A stretch of DNA of 64,000 nt from the NCBI GenBank assembly GCA_030704615.1, contig CM060734.1, positions 17,298,001-17,362,000 of the forward strand. Reading direction: 5' to 3'. Source of the stretch: Takakia lepidozioides (taxonomy: Eukaryota; Plantae; Bryophyta). Under the pieces are notes generated by a model that was not told the origin of the DNA, made no database searches, and was given only the letters and a program-made list of their open reading frames with translations. This document shows, piece after piece, positions 1 to 11,522 of the stretch (the stretch's first letter is position 1; each line of letters opens with the position of its first letter). A program made the position numbers and the translations under genes.

Positions 1-58
1 TACATCTCTGTATTTGATGAACAAACTCTTAGCTTCTTCAAAGAATTCTGGCTCCAAA

Positions 59-3000
59 TCAGCTCCTACCCACCATCCTCGGTTCCTCTTTAGTTCCCAC
101 ATTCACTTCCCTCACTTGCTCATCAGCTGTGATTGTCCAACCAGTCACCACTTCATCCTGTAAACTCACAGTGGCTGGTTCCTCTAGGATTTCCATTTCT
201 CCTTCTTTTTCTTCATAGAAATGTGATGGGTAACTGCTGGTTTCCTCTTCAATTGGTGTTGCTGACACTACACCACAGCAGATACCTTTAAACAACTTAG
301 GCCTTCCAGCCGCATCTCTGCAACCTGCTCCCACTCTGGGTGTGCAGCAAACAGGGTAGCTTCCTGCTCCTCATCCAGTCCTCCTCTCCAGTCATACTCT
401 CTGACCCCTCGAGGTCTTCTCGTAGCAGGTAATCTACTAGATTTCTTTGTGGTAATTTGTATCTCTGCATCCCATTATGCACGGTTAGTAACTGAGAATT
501 CCAGTCATGGAATACCCTGGCCTGTTTCAGCCACGGACGTCCCAATAATAAGGAGTAAGCCTCCATGACTTCATCCATCTTCAACACAGTTACTGTGATC
601 ATAAAGATCATCTTTTGTATCTGTATCTTAACTCCTCTTATTAATCCCAATGGCTGTACACTTCTTTGATCTGCCATTGTTACTGTAAATGGGGCTGGTT
701 TCATGTTACTTAGACCAAGCTTCTTTCTTAATTGGTCTGTCATGATATTTACTCCAGAGCCTCCATCTATCAGTACATCAGTTAGTTCTGTGCTTCCAAT
801 TCTCAATTGGATTACTGGCATAGAATCATCAAAGTCCATGACTGTTTCTCGCCCTTCCGGCTTCACATTATAACTGGTCACCTTGCTGTTCAGGTCTGTG
901 TTTCCTGTCTCCTGGGCAATTCGATTGATTGCTTGATACAGCCTGTGTCTACAATAAGGTGCCACAGCCAATAGCTGTCCAATGGTAATCTCTGCTTTGG
1001 TCTGGCATATTACTTCAGCCAAAGTCCCTTCATTACTCTGCATGTCTGCATCTTCTTTCTTCCTTTCATCCTCACTCACTTCTTCTTCTCCATCAGAATC
1101 AGAGGAATCTGCCACAGGAATATCAGTACTCTTCTGCATTTCCCTTATGGTATCTGCCACTTCCTTGTGCAGTTCCTTCTCATCTCTCCAAGCCTCATCA
1201 TCTTCAGGCATATCACTGCCACCTTCATTATCATCCTCTTCCTCAACTACTGGAGGTATTAGTTTGGCTTTGCTTCTTGTTACTATCATTGTACTTACTT
1301 CTGGTACAACACATGGCCTAACCATGTGAGCTGCCACCACTGGGCCCTCATTCACAGGAGCTCTCATCTCATTCTGGTGTCTAATCCAGAATGAACAGGC
1401 TGCCTTGCGATGTCCTGGCTGATTACAATAGTAACATAGTTCTTCACCATTGGGTCCTCGCCCTTGGTCTGCTCTTGGATTATTTCTGTAATCCTGATTC
1501 CCGGGCTGGTAATTCCCCCTTGGATTACCCTGATAGTTGCCTCTGGAATTTCCTTGGTAATTCCCTCTTGAATTACCTCTCCCTTCCATGCCATTGTTAT
1601 AACCACCAGACCTACCATAGTGGTCCTGATCATTGTTTCTTCTTGGCTGGGGCTGCACCTGATGCACCCTTACTTGCCTAGGTTCTCTTGCAACTGTCCT
1701 TCTGTTGTAGTAACAATTCTCAGTAGAATGGTTATCCATTTTACAGATAGTACAGTGTTTCTCCTTCATGTGGCATTCTGTGGTGGTATGGCCTTCATTC
1801 TGGCACTTTGCACACCATACACCCTTCCTCCAATGTGTTGCAGCCTCTGTGGCATACTTCTTCAAGATTTCTTCCAATCTTTTCTCATAGTTATCCCTCT
1901 TCAACTTCTCCTTTCTCTTACTCTTCCTTTTAGTTCTTGCTCTTCTTCTTCATCTGACTCATCCTCAGAGTCCTCATCATCCCTTTTCTCTCTCCTGAGC
2001 ATTCCCAATTGCTCAATTCTGTTTGCAGTTTCAAATGCCTCCTCCACTGTATTATGGGGTAACATATCCACTTTCTTTTGCAACTCTGGTCTTAGTCCAC
2101 TCACAAACCAAGTCTTCTGTAAACCTGGTGCTGGTACTGCAGCCAGCTTTTTCATCATCAATTCCATCTTTTCCATATACTCCTCAACAGTTTCATGCTT
2201 CTTTTGCTTTAACTGTTGTAAACTTCCATACACTTCATCCTCAGTTTTACTTGTCCTGAACCTATTTCGGAATGTTATTCAAGCCATTCCAGGTTAGGAA
2301 ATGATTATCAGGGAATCTTGCATACCATTCACTTGCTTTCTTGATAAGTGAACAAGGAAACAATCTCATCTTGGCATCATCGCCATTCTCATTGTTCACT
2401 ATACACATGTGCTCTCAATTGGCTAATGTGTACATTGGATCCCCTTTCCTGAATATATTGGAAAAGTGGTTTTGCCCGTGTTGGTTGTAACGCCATCTGT
2501 GGCCCTACCTTCTGCCCACTGACAGGTGCTGGCACCCTTGCTGGTGCTGGTCCTTCAGGACCTGTTGTTGTTGTGGTGGATCTTCACCAAGTGGTGGCCC
2601 TTGAGCACTCCCTGCTACTGCCCCAGATATTCACAATATTCCGAGCTTCAGTTGCACTACTTCCCACATCCCTGTCCCCCCAGAGCCAGATCCAGGCAGC
2701 CCGCCTGATCCCCCTGAGCCGACACCTTCGTTGGCCTGTGATCCAAGTGCTCCACTTGATCCAGGTCCAACGGGTTGGGATGTCCTGGTTGTAGTCTCAA
2801 CCCTCAGCTGTTGGGTACTTCTTCATACTCTTCCTCTTCCAATTTCTTCTCTCTGTTTTCATCCTCCAAGTTCTGCCCTTGGTTTCTTCTTCACTCATGT
2901 AACTCAACTGCAATGGTGTTGGAGAGTCTGAACTCTCCGTTGGCTCTGCCACATCCTCTCCTCCTTCTTCACCTTCCGCTTCAGAAACTGGAGTTCCTGC

Positions 3001-3321
3001 TTTTGGTGTTCCATGCCAACTCTTATCAAAGATTTCTGTCAAATCTTTTATCCAGGGATGTACCTCAGATCTTTCACCTCGTGATTGATCTTCTTCCCGT
3101 ACCAATTCCCTTAATCTTTCTTGCAAAGAAAAAGAAGGAGTGGCATCCAACTCTAGTTCTTCCGGTATGGGTGATGTACTCTTTGATCTTAATGGTGTGA
3201 GAGGTCCAGATGATTCCCCTATGTCTATTCCTCTCTCCCAAAGATATGGATAATTAGCTTTCAGATAGCTTTCTCTTTTTGCTGAATATCTCTGGCGTCT
3301 AGCTTCTCTTTCATCACTCAT
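59..3321 (-). pseudogene. gag-pol: Disrupted gag-protease polyprotein, family A copy 1
   Basis: ORFs 2797-3321, 1901-2233, 297-1904 and 59-334. Contains retrotransposon gag core (QKKHETVEEY...WFVSGLRPE), CX2CX4HX4C knuckles and protease motif DGGSG. Broken by frameshifts. Confidence 0.9.
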
Positions 3322-3342
3322 GTCCCATGTCTTTCATTTCTT

Positions 3343-3900
3343 TTAATGTGGCAATAACCAAAACTCTCTTCTGTAATATCTCTCGTATATGCCTGGGTTT
3401 CTTTCAAGCTTCATGCACCCTTGGCTATACTAGAAGTCTCCGTTACCATAAACCATATGGCAAACAAGTCTGGAAAGTTGTTCTTGGTGTGAGTTTGATC
3501 CACAAAATATCCTTTGGAATCCAATTCTTTACCAGTACAAGCTCTTCATGCATATGAGTATAAATTCACCTTTCTTTCTTCCCAGCCTTCAAACTCTACT
3601 CGCTTAATGGATAGCAATGCTATCACATAAACCAGTGTTGGTAACCAACGTGCTCTTCCTCTACAGGCCACCTGATAAATCTTTATCACTCCTTTCTCCA
3701 GACCCCATTCAGGGTCAGCATCATGCACTCTCTTAAGAATGTTTTCTTTACAACCGTCTGGCAATTCCAAGAACCTTTGAAAGAATCGTTTGGACAATCT
3801 TTCCTTCTCAGTTTCACAAGGAATTTGATCACATCAAATTCTTTAATTCTCCAACCACCATGATCCCACCAGATGCCTGTCACATCTGGTTGTTCATGAC
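3343..3900 (-). pseudogene. Extra 5' ORF between PBS and gag (family A copy 1), unknown function
   Basis: ORFs 3546-3797 and 3686-4024 are frameshifted pieces of the peptide seen as one ORF at 10125-10775. Confidence 0.6.
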
Positions 3901-3905
3901 CCAGT

Positions 3906-3923
3906 TCCCCAGTATGGTCGCCA
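3906..3923 (-). promoter_or_regulatory. Primer-binding site TGGCGACCATACTGGGGA (tRNA-Arg-like by inference)
   Basis: Starts with TGG 2 nt after the LTR CA. An identical 18-mer is at 32095-32112 in family B and a one-mismatch copy is at 10648-10665. Confidence 0.85.
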
Positions 3924-3925
3924 AA

Positions 3926-4903
3926 TGTCGCGCGGCTTTTACTCACCCATCCCTTCGCTATCCACTCCAAGATAGAAGAGTTGGAAATCTCTAAGTACTC
4001 AGCCCGCTCAGAACAATCAGTCATGACCTACAGCTAGTGTATCATGGGGGTGTTTCCTATTTGTTTTCCTTCCCGCATTCATGTTAGCTAGTTACCTTAC
4101 TGTTGGTTTTAAGTATCAGTTTGCTTCAGCAATCTATCGGATTCCATCAACTCATCCATTTATTCCACAGCTTCACTCAGATCTCTCTACACAGTGTGAG
4201 TATGAGTATGTATCAGATTAATATCTATCAGTATCAGGCTGAAGCCATGGAGGCTCTAATCTGCTCTACATTACAACTCTACTGCTTGCATTCATTAAGC
4301 ATCAACAGATCGCCCTCCTCCTACTCTGTGCTCTCCCTCCTTCCGCTCAGAGATGCGCTCTCCCTCTTTCTTCCTGATGTCCGAAGTCCCTCTCCTGATC
4401 TCCCCCCCTTCTCCCTGAATTCCCCAAGAAGTGCCCTTCTCCCGTCCTCGCTCCTGGCTTTATCTTCCTACCCGTTGTTCTAACTGTTTCCCTCACTAAC
4501 CGTCATCCGTGACTAACATGTTCCATTCGCAGATGTTGTTCCCCACAGTCGTTCCCTATCCTGCTATCCGTTCCTTATGGTCGTGACAGCTGTGTCAAGC
4601 TGTGACTGGCTGTGCGACTGTGTTGGGCTATGTCGACTGTGTCTGTGACTGGCTGACGGCTGTGTTGGCTATGACCGGCTGTGTCGGACTGTGACGAGCT
4701 GTGTTGGCTGTGTCTGGCTGTGTCGGCTGTGTCGGACTGTGACGGGCTGTGTCGGCTGTGATGGGCTGTGTCGGGCTGTGTAACCCCTCTCTAAAGTGCG
4801 CTGCTGTCACCCCTAAGGCTCCTGTTGGTCTCAGTCTGTGCAAAAATTAAGGGTACCCCACAGATCCCGTATAAGTGTCTAAGTCCCAGACAGTCCTCTA
4901 ACA
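3926..4903 (-). repeat. 5' LTR of family A copy 1, containing a degenerate ~10-bp (GGGCTGTGTC-like) tandem array at ~4585-4780
   Basis: TG...CA termini with the PBS 2 nt downstream. Homologous to 10668-11522+14405-14494 and to 18344-18484+50380-51156. Confidence 0.85.
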
Positions 4904-6757
4904 GCCATCTCCAAATTTCGCAGGTTTCATGGCGGATAGTGCTCAAGCAAATTTCAATGCTATTCGTATTGTCTTCGGATCAGGCGACCCAAAAGTGCCA
5001 ATGCGAGGAAGAGAGCGTACATGTCTATTCCATTGGAAACAATCTCTGGAAAAACATACAAAGTCGGACATCAAACCAGAGATGCAGACTCAGCACCGTA
5101 AATTGTGCAAAGAGTACAAAGATGCTAGAACAATGAAGGAGGCGGACACTTTGTTCCAGACAATTCGTGCCTGGTGGTTCTCTTCTGGAGCTGCATCACT
5201 TGAGAGTATGAGAGCATAAGATTGGTTGGCGTTTTGGCACTTCCGGTATAGACAGTGGGGAGCAGCCATGCCAGTGGTACGAGGCTTATATTTCTTGCTT
5301 TATTCATACATTTACTTTCCATTTTATTGTGTCCTCGCTTTCTTTATGTTGTTTTCTGTTCACTCTTTTGAAGTGTGGTTCTCCACTTTGCAGAACATGT
5401 CCATTGAGGAAATGGCGGACATGCCATCTTGCAATTTGGCAGAAACTGTGCACAACGCATGGTTGCAGCAGTCTGGGAAACGAGGTCGGGATAACAGATG
5501 ATTTGACGTGCCTGCAACAACAAACCGATACCGTGATTTCTTGCAAGGTGGGGTTGGTGGCAAGGGTCCGGACAAATGGGAGTTGATGTTGCGTGCTGCA
5601 AACAGATCTGGGGATCCAATCAAGATAGCACGGGCGGTGAGCATGTATGCCCAGGGAACGCCACTTGTTTCTAGAGTTCCACATCTTGAAGGGGAGGAGA
5701 GATTCGGCTCCTGTAAGAGGAAATTGAACACTCCACCTGGTTCGGATTTTGATTCGCACATGGCAGACCGTGATAACTTCTCGAAGCCTCGTGTTCCCCT
5801 GCATGACAGCTCCATGTCCGGAACCTCCATTGTGAAGGAACCTCCAACACGACGGCAAGCTCCAGCATCAAACAGTGCCACTGAAATGGTGCAAGAGAGA
5901 AACAACCCCCTTGATGTGCTTGAGTCCGCATGCCCCGACCACGTTTGGCACATAGAACGCACAAGTGTAGGGTCTCGTGTGAAATGTACAACGATCAGGG
6001 CAACTAATTTCGAGAAGTGCACTTCATCTATATCCAGAGGTGGTGCCCGAACTCCTGCTCCGACTTTCACGGGTTTGATGCGTCCATACGGTCAACCAGA
6101 AGCCAAGAACCACAAGTTCTGGTTCTGCGCAGATGATTGTGCCAGATGTGTGCATGGAACTGTGCGTCCTTCCGTAGTGATGAAGCCATCTCCTCCAACC
6201 ATTTGGCCCGTGAAGGTGGGAACACATCTCAGATTTCAGGAGATTGAAATGCTGGAGGAGGCAGGCTTTTCCCTTGCGAGACAACCCAACCATGCATGTG
6301 CTACTACTTCTGCGTCCTCCCGGGTCCCCCCGGCAAATCCTGACTTGTGGCCAACCAAACGAGATGGAAGCTCGTTCGGCGTTTCCCTCCAACCGCTGAA
6401 CACTTTGGCAAAGTGGAGTCCGCAAGAATGCTCCAAGCTCGTGTTGGAAGCACCACGGAAGTACCCGATCCAGGATATGGTCGGGTATTCACAATCATCA
6501 CTTCCACATCTGCTGTTCATGATAGGACCTACGACATCACGGTTTCCAATTTCCCCAATTGCACATGTCCTGATTTTGTGAATATGCTATCAACCAGTTT
6601 GGGCAAGAGAGGTAAATTCATACCCTGCAAACATTTGTATTTCATATTTTTGAAGAGGATGGTTTGCGATCCCAAACGTGACAACTTCATTCACCAGGCC
6701 ACTATGAGTTTCAACGAGGTCGATGCTCTATTGCAGCGGGATACAACACATGGATAG
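4904..6757 (+). pseudogene. C-terminal part of a MULE (Mutator-like) DDE transposase with SWIM finger
   Basis: FMADSAQANFNAIR (second catalytic D), CLFH (CxxH), predicted intron 5277-5393, NLAETVH (catalytic E) and SWIM CTC...CKH. Homologous to 43017-45318 with the same intron position. The 5' part is cut off by gypsy A copy 1. Confidence 0.85.
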
Positions 6758-7233
6758 CATCAACTATGCAATGTGGTATGTGGACGACCATGATTTGAAA
6801 TGTGTAATTCACATCAATTCGTCGGCGGTGCAATGATATGGCCTCCAACTATATGGAGTGAGCTCTGAGTGGCAACTTTTAAAAGCACATTTGTCATTGC
6901 ACCGTTCGAAGTCTACATGTCTTGCTGTCGCTATGCACTACAATCATCTTTTGAAGATGATCCTAACTCTCATTGTTATTTGAGGAGGGAGGAAGGTCTT
7001 CCCGTGGCAGCCTCTATGGCGCACACTTTGTGAGGATATTTTCTCGTCCTCGTAATTGTAAAAGTGAAACAAGCATTTGTAATTGCACAATGTTGGATGC
7101 TCCAATTGTAGGCCTCATGGTAGTCTTGATTCTATTTAGGCAAGATTCATTGCATTAATTCCACGGTCATAGGACCATCCTTGGTTATAGGCGGCGCATG
7201 TTAATGCTGATGTGGCAGATGACTGACAGTGCC

Positions 7234-10104
7234 TACTAGATTTCTTAGTGGTGACCTGTATCTTGTGCTTCCCATCATGCACAGTCAGTAACTGGGAATT
7301 CCAGTCATGTAATACCCTGGCCTGTTTTAGCCATGGTCGACCCAGCAATAAGGAGTAAGCTTCCATGACATCATCCATTTTCAATACAGTCACTGTGATC
7401 TTAAAGATCATCTTCTGAATCTGTATCTTAACTCCTCCTATTAAGCCTAATGGCTGTACACTCCTTTGATCTGTCATTGTTACTGTGAATGGGGCTGGTT
7501 TCAGGTTACTTAGACCAAGCCTCTGCCTTAATTGGTCTATCATATAATTCACTTCTGAGCCTCCATCTATCAGTACATCAGTCAAGTCTGTGCTTCCAAT
7601 TCTCAATTGGATTACTGACATAGAATCATCAAAATCCATGACTGTTTCTCGCCCTTCAGGCTTCACATTATAACTTGTCACCTTATTGTCCAGGTCTGTG
7701 TTCTCTGTCACATGAGCAATCTGATTGATTGCTTGATACAGCCTGTGCCTACAATGAGGTGCCACAACCAATAGCTGTCCAATGGTAATCTCAGCTTTGG
7801 ACTGGCATATTACTCCAGCCAAAGTCCCTTCATTACCCTGCACTTGAGCAACTTCTTGCTTCACTTCATCTTCACCCTCTTCTTCTCTTTCAAAGTCAGA
7901 GAAAACTGCCATAGGGATATCAGTATTCTTCTGCATTTCCCTTATGGTATCAGCCACTTCCTTGTGCAGTTCCTTCTCATCTCTCCAAGCCTCATCATCT
8001 TCAAGCACATCACTGCCTTCTTCATTAGCATCTTCTTCCTCATCCACCGGAGGTATTAGTCTAGCTTTGCTTCTGGTAACTATCATTGTACTTACTTCTG
8101 GTACAAAATATGGCCTAACCATGTGAGCTGCCACTACTGGACCTTCATTCACAGGGGCTCTCATCTCATTTTGGTGTCTGATCTAGAATGGACAGGCTGC
8201 CTTTCAGTGTCCTGCCTAGTTACAATAGTAACACAGTTCTTCACCATTGGGTCCTCGCCCTTGGCCTGTTCTGGGATTATTTTTATAATCCTGATTCCCT
8301 GGCTGGTAATTCCCCCTTGGATTACCCTGATAGTTGCCTCTAGGATTGCCTTGGTAATTCCCTCTTGGATTACCTCTCCCTGCCATACCATTGTTATAAC
8401 CACTAGGCCTTCCATAGTGGTCCTGATCATTGTATCTTCTTGGCTGGGGCTGCACTTGATGCATCCTTACTTGCCTAGGTTCTCTTGCAGCTGTCCTTCT
8501 GTTGTAATAACAATTCTCAGTAGAATGGTTATCCATTTTACAGATAGTACATTGTTTCTCCTTCATGTGGCATTCAGCTGTGGTATGGCCTTCATTCTGG
8601 CATTTTGCACACCAAACACCCTTCCTCCAATGTGTTGCAGCCTCTATGGCATACTTCTTCAAGATCTCCTCCAGTCTTTTCTCATAGTTTTCCCTCTTCA
8701 ACTTTTCCTTCTTCTTACTCTTCCTCTTGAGCTCTTGCTCTTCTTCCGCATCTGACTCATCTTCAGAGTCCTCATCATCCATTTTCTCTCTCCTGAGCAT
8801 TCCCAATTGCTCAATTCTGTTGGCTGTTTCAAATGCCTCCTCCACTGTATTATGGGGTAGCATATCCACTTTCTTTTGTAATTCAAGTCTTAATCCACTC
8901 ACAAACCAGGTCTTCTGTAACCCTGGTGCTGGCACAGCAGCCAACTTTTTCATCATCAACTCCATATTTTCCATGTACTCTTCAACAGTTTCATGCTTCT
9001 TTTGCTTTGACTGTTTTAAACTTCCATACACTTCATCCTCAGTTTTGCTTGTCGTGAACCTATTTCGGAATGTTGTACTAAGGCCATTCCAGGTTAGGAA
9101 ATGATTATCAGGAAATTTTGCATACCATTCACTTGCTTTCTTGATAAGTGAATAAGGAAACAGTCTCAGCTTGGCATCATCGCCATTCTCATTGTTCACA
9201 ATACACATGTGCTCAAATTGGGTGATGTGTACATCAAAATCCCCTTTCCCTGCATATATTGGAAGAGGTGGTTTTGCCCGTGTTGGAGGTACCGCCATCT
9301 GTGGCCCTACACCCTGCCCACTGACAGGTGTTGGTCCTCCTGTTGGTGCTGGTCCTAGAGGACCTACTGTTGTAGCGGTGGTTCTCCCACCAGGTGTTGG
9401 CCCCTGAGCACTCCCTGCTATTGGCCCCTTTATACTTACAGTATTCCCAGCTCCAGTTGCACTACTTCCCACACTCCCTGTCCCCCCAGAGCCAGATCCA
9501 AGCTTCCCGCCTGATCCCCCTGAGCCGACACCTTCGTTGGCCTGTGATCCAAGTGCTCCACTTGATCCAGGTCCAACAGGTTGGGATGTCCTGGTTGTAG
9601 TCTCAACCTCAACTGTTGGGTCTATTTCTTCATACTCTTCATCTTCCAAGTTCTTCTCTTGGTTTTCCTCTTCCTCGCTCATATAACTCAACTAGAGTGG
9701 TGTTGGAGAGTCTGAACTCTCTGTTGGTTCTGCCACATCCTTCTCTCCTTCTTTGTCTTGTGATTCGGAAACTGGAGTTCCTGCTTTTGGTGTCCCATGC
9801 CAACTCTGATCAAAGATTTCTGTCAAATCTTTAATCCAGGGATGTACCTCAGATCTCTCCCCTCGTGGTTGATCTTCTTCCTCTATCAAATCCCTTAATC
9901 TTTCTTGTAAAGAATAAGAAGGAGTGGCATCCAACTCTGGTTCTTCCGGTATGGTGATGTACTCTCTGATCTTAATGGTGTGAGAGGTCCAGATGATTCC
10001 CCTATATCTATTCCTCTCTCCCAAAGATATGGATAATTAGCTTTCAAATAACTTTCTCTTTTTGCTGAATATTTGTGAAGTCTAGCTTCTCTTTCATCAC
10101 TCAT
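7234..10104 (-). pseudogene. gag-pol: Disrupted gag-protease, family A copy 2
   Basis: ORFs 9895-10104, 9692-10024, 8216-9691 and 7136-8164 carry gag core, zinc knuckles, GNYQGNPR repeats and the protease motif VLIDGGS. Confidence 0.9.
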
Positions 10105-10124
10105 ATCCCATGTCTTTCATATCT

Positions 10125-10775
10125 CTAATGAGGCAATAACCAAAACTCTCTTCTGTAGTATCTCTCGTATATGCCTGGATTTCTTTCAAGCTTTAATGCA
10201 CCCTTGGCTATACTAGAAGTTCTTGGTGTAAATTTGATCCACGTGATATCCTTAGGAATCCAATTCTTTACCAATACCAATTTTTCATGCATATGAGTGT
10301 AAACATTCACTTTTCGTTCCTCCCAGCCTTCAAACTCCACTCGTTTAATGGATAGCAATGCTATCACATAAACCAATGTTGGTAACCAACTTGCTCTCCC
10401 TCTACAGGCCACTTGATAAATCTTTATCACTCCTTTCTCCAGACCCCACTCAGGATCCGCATCATGCACTCTCTTAAGAATGTTTTCTTTGCAACGGTCT
10501 GGCAATTCCAAAAACCTCTGAAAGAATTGTTTGGACAACCTTTCTTTCTCAGTTCCACAAGGAATTTGATTCACATCAAATTCTTTAATTCTCCAACCAC
10601 CATGATCCCACCAGATGCCTGTCACATCTGGTTGTTCTTGACCCAGTTCCCCAGTATGGTTGCCAAATGTTGAGCGGCTTTTACTCACCCATCCCTTCGC
10701 TATCCGAGGTGGAAACTCCAAGATAGAAGAGTTGGATATCTCTAAGCACTCAGCATGCTCAGAACAATCAGTCAT
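10125..10775 (-). CDS. Extra 5' ORF of family A (best-preserved copy), unknown function
   Basis: 216-codon ORF upstream of gag. Conserved in the three A copies and alignable by eye to the family B ORF at 31763-32113. True start uncertain because the listed ATG lies in the LTR. Confidence 0.6.
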   Translation of the reverse strand: MTDCSEHAECLEISNSSILEFPPRIAKGWVSKSRSTFGNHTGELGQEQPDVTGIWWDHGGWRIKEFDVNQIPCGTEKERLSKQFFQRFLELPDRCKENILKRVHDADPEWGLEKGVIKIYQVACRGRASWLPTLVYVIALLSIKRVEFEGWEERKVNVYTHMHEKLVLVKNWIPKDITWIKFTPRTSSIAKGALKLERNPGIYERYYRREFWLLPH

Positions 10776-11522
10776 GACCTACAGCTAGTGAATCATGGAA
10801 GTGCTTCCTGTTTGTATTCCTTCTTGCCTTCATGTCAACAAGTTACCTTACTGTTTGTATTTAGGTATCAGATTGCTTCAGCAATCCACCAGGTTCCAAT
10901 CACTTTTCCATTCATTCCATAGCTTCCCTCAAGTCTCTCTACACAGCGTGAGTATGGAATATGTATCAGATTAAGTTATGTCATGTAACAGGCCGAATCC
11001 ATGGTGTCCCTAATCTGCTCTACAGTATCACCCTACAGCTTTGCATGTATCAAGCACCTACAGATCGTCTCTCCTCCAGTTTGTGCTCTCCGCCTGATCT
11101 CTGCTACTCATGACCCCGAAGTGCCCCCTGAGAAGTCCCCTCCATGTTGTTGCTCTGCCTAATTTATCTGCAAGCTGTTCTAACCGCCTAACTAACTAAC
11201 TGTCACTCAAGAAGTAAGCACGTTCCCTCTGCAAATGTCATTCCCACACAGTTGTTCCCTGCCAATGATAATCATTCCCTATGTACGCTGTGACGGGCTG
11301 TGCCAAGCTGTGTCGGGCTGTGACTGTGTCGAGCTGTGACTGGCTGTGTCGGACTATGTCGGGCTGTGACTGGCTGTGTGAAGCTGTGTCGGGCTGTGTC
11401 GGGCTATGATATACTGTGATAGGCTGTGTCAGACTGTGACAAGCTGTGTCAAGCTGTGTCTAACTGTGTAATGCTGTGACTGACTGCGTAAGCCTGTCTA
11501 CCACCCCCAAGGCCTGTGCTAG

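Larger units (their letters stand above)
1..4903 (-). mobile_element. Ty3/gypsy LTR retrotransposon, family A copy 1 (5' half; runs off left edge)
   Basis: On the minus strand the LTR starts TGTTAGAGG at 4903 and ends ...CGACA at 3926. PBS, extra ORF, gag with CCHC knuckles and aspartic protease (VLIDGGSGVN) follow. Collinear with the copies at 7231-14494 and 50380-56565. Confidence 0.93.
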
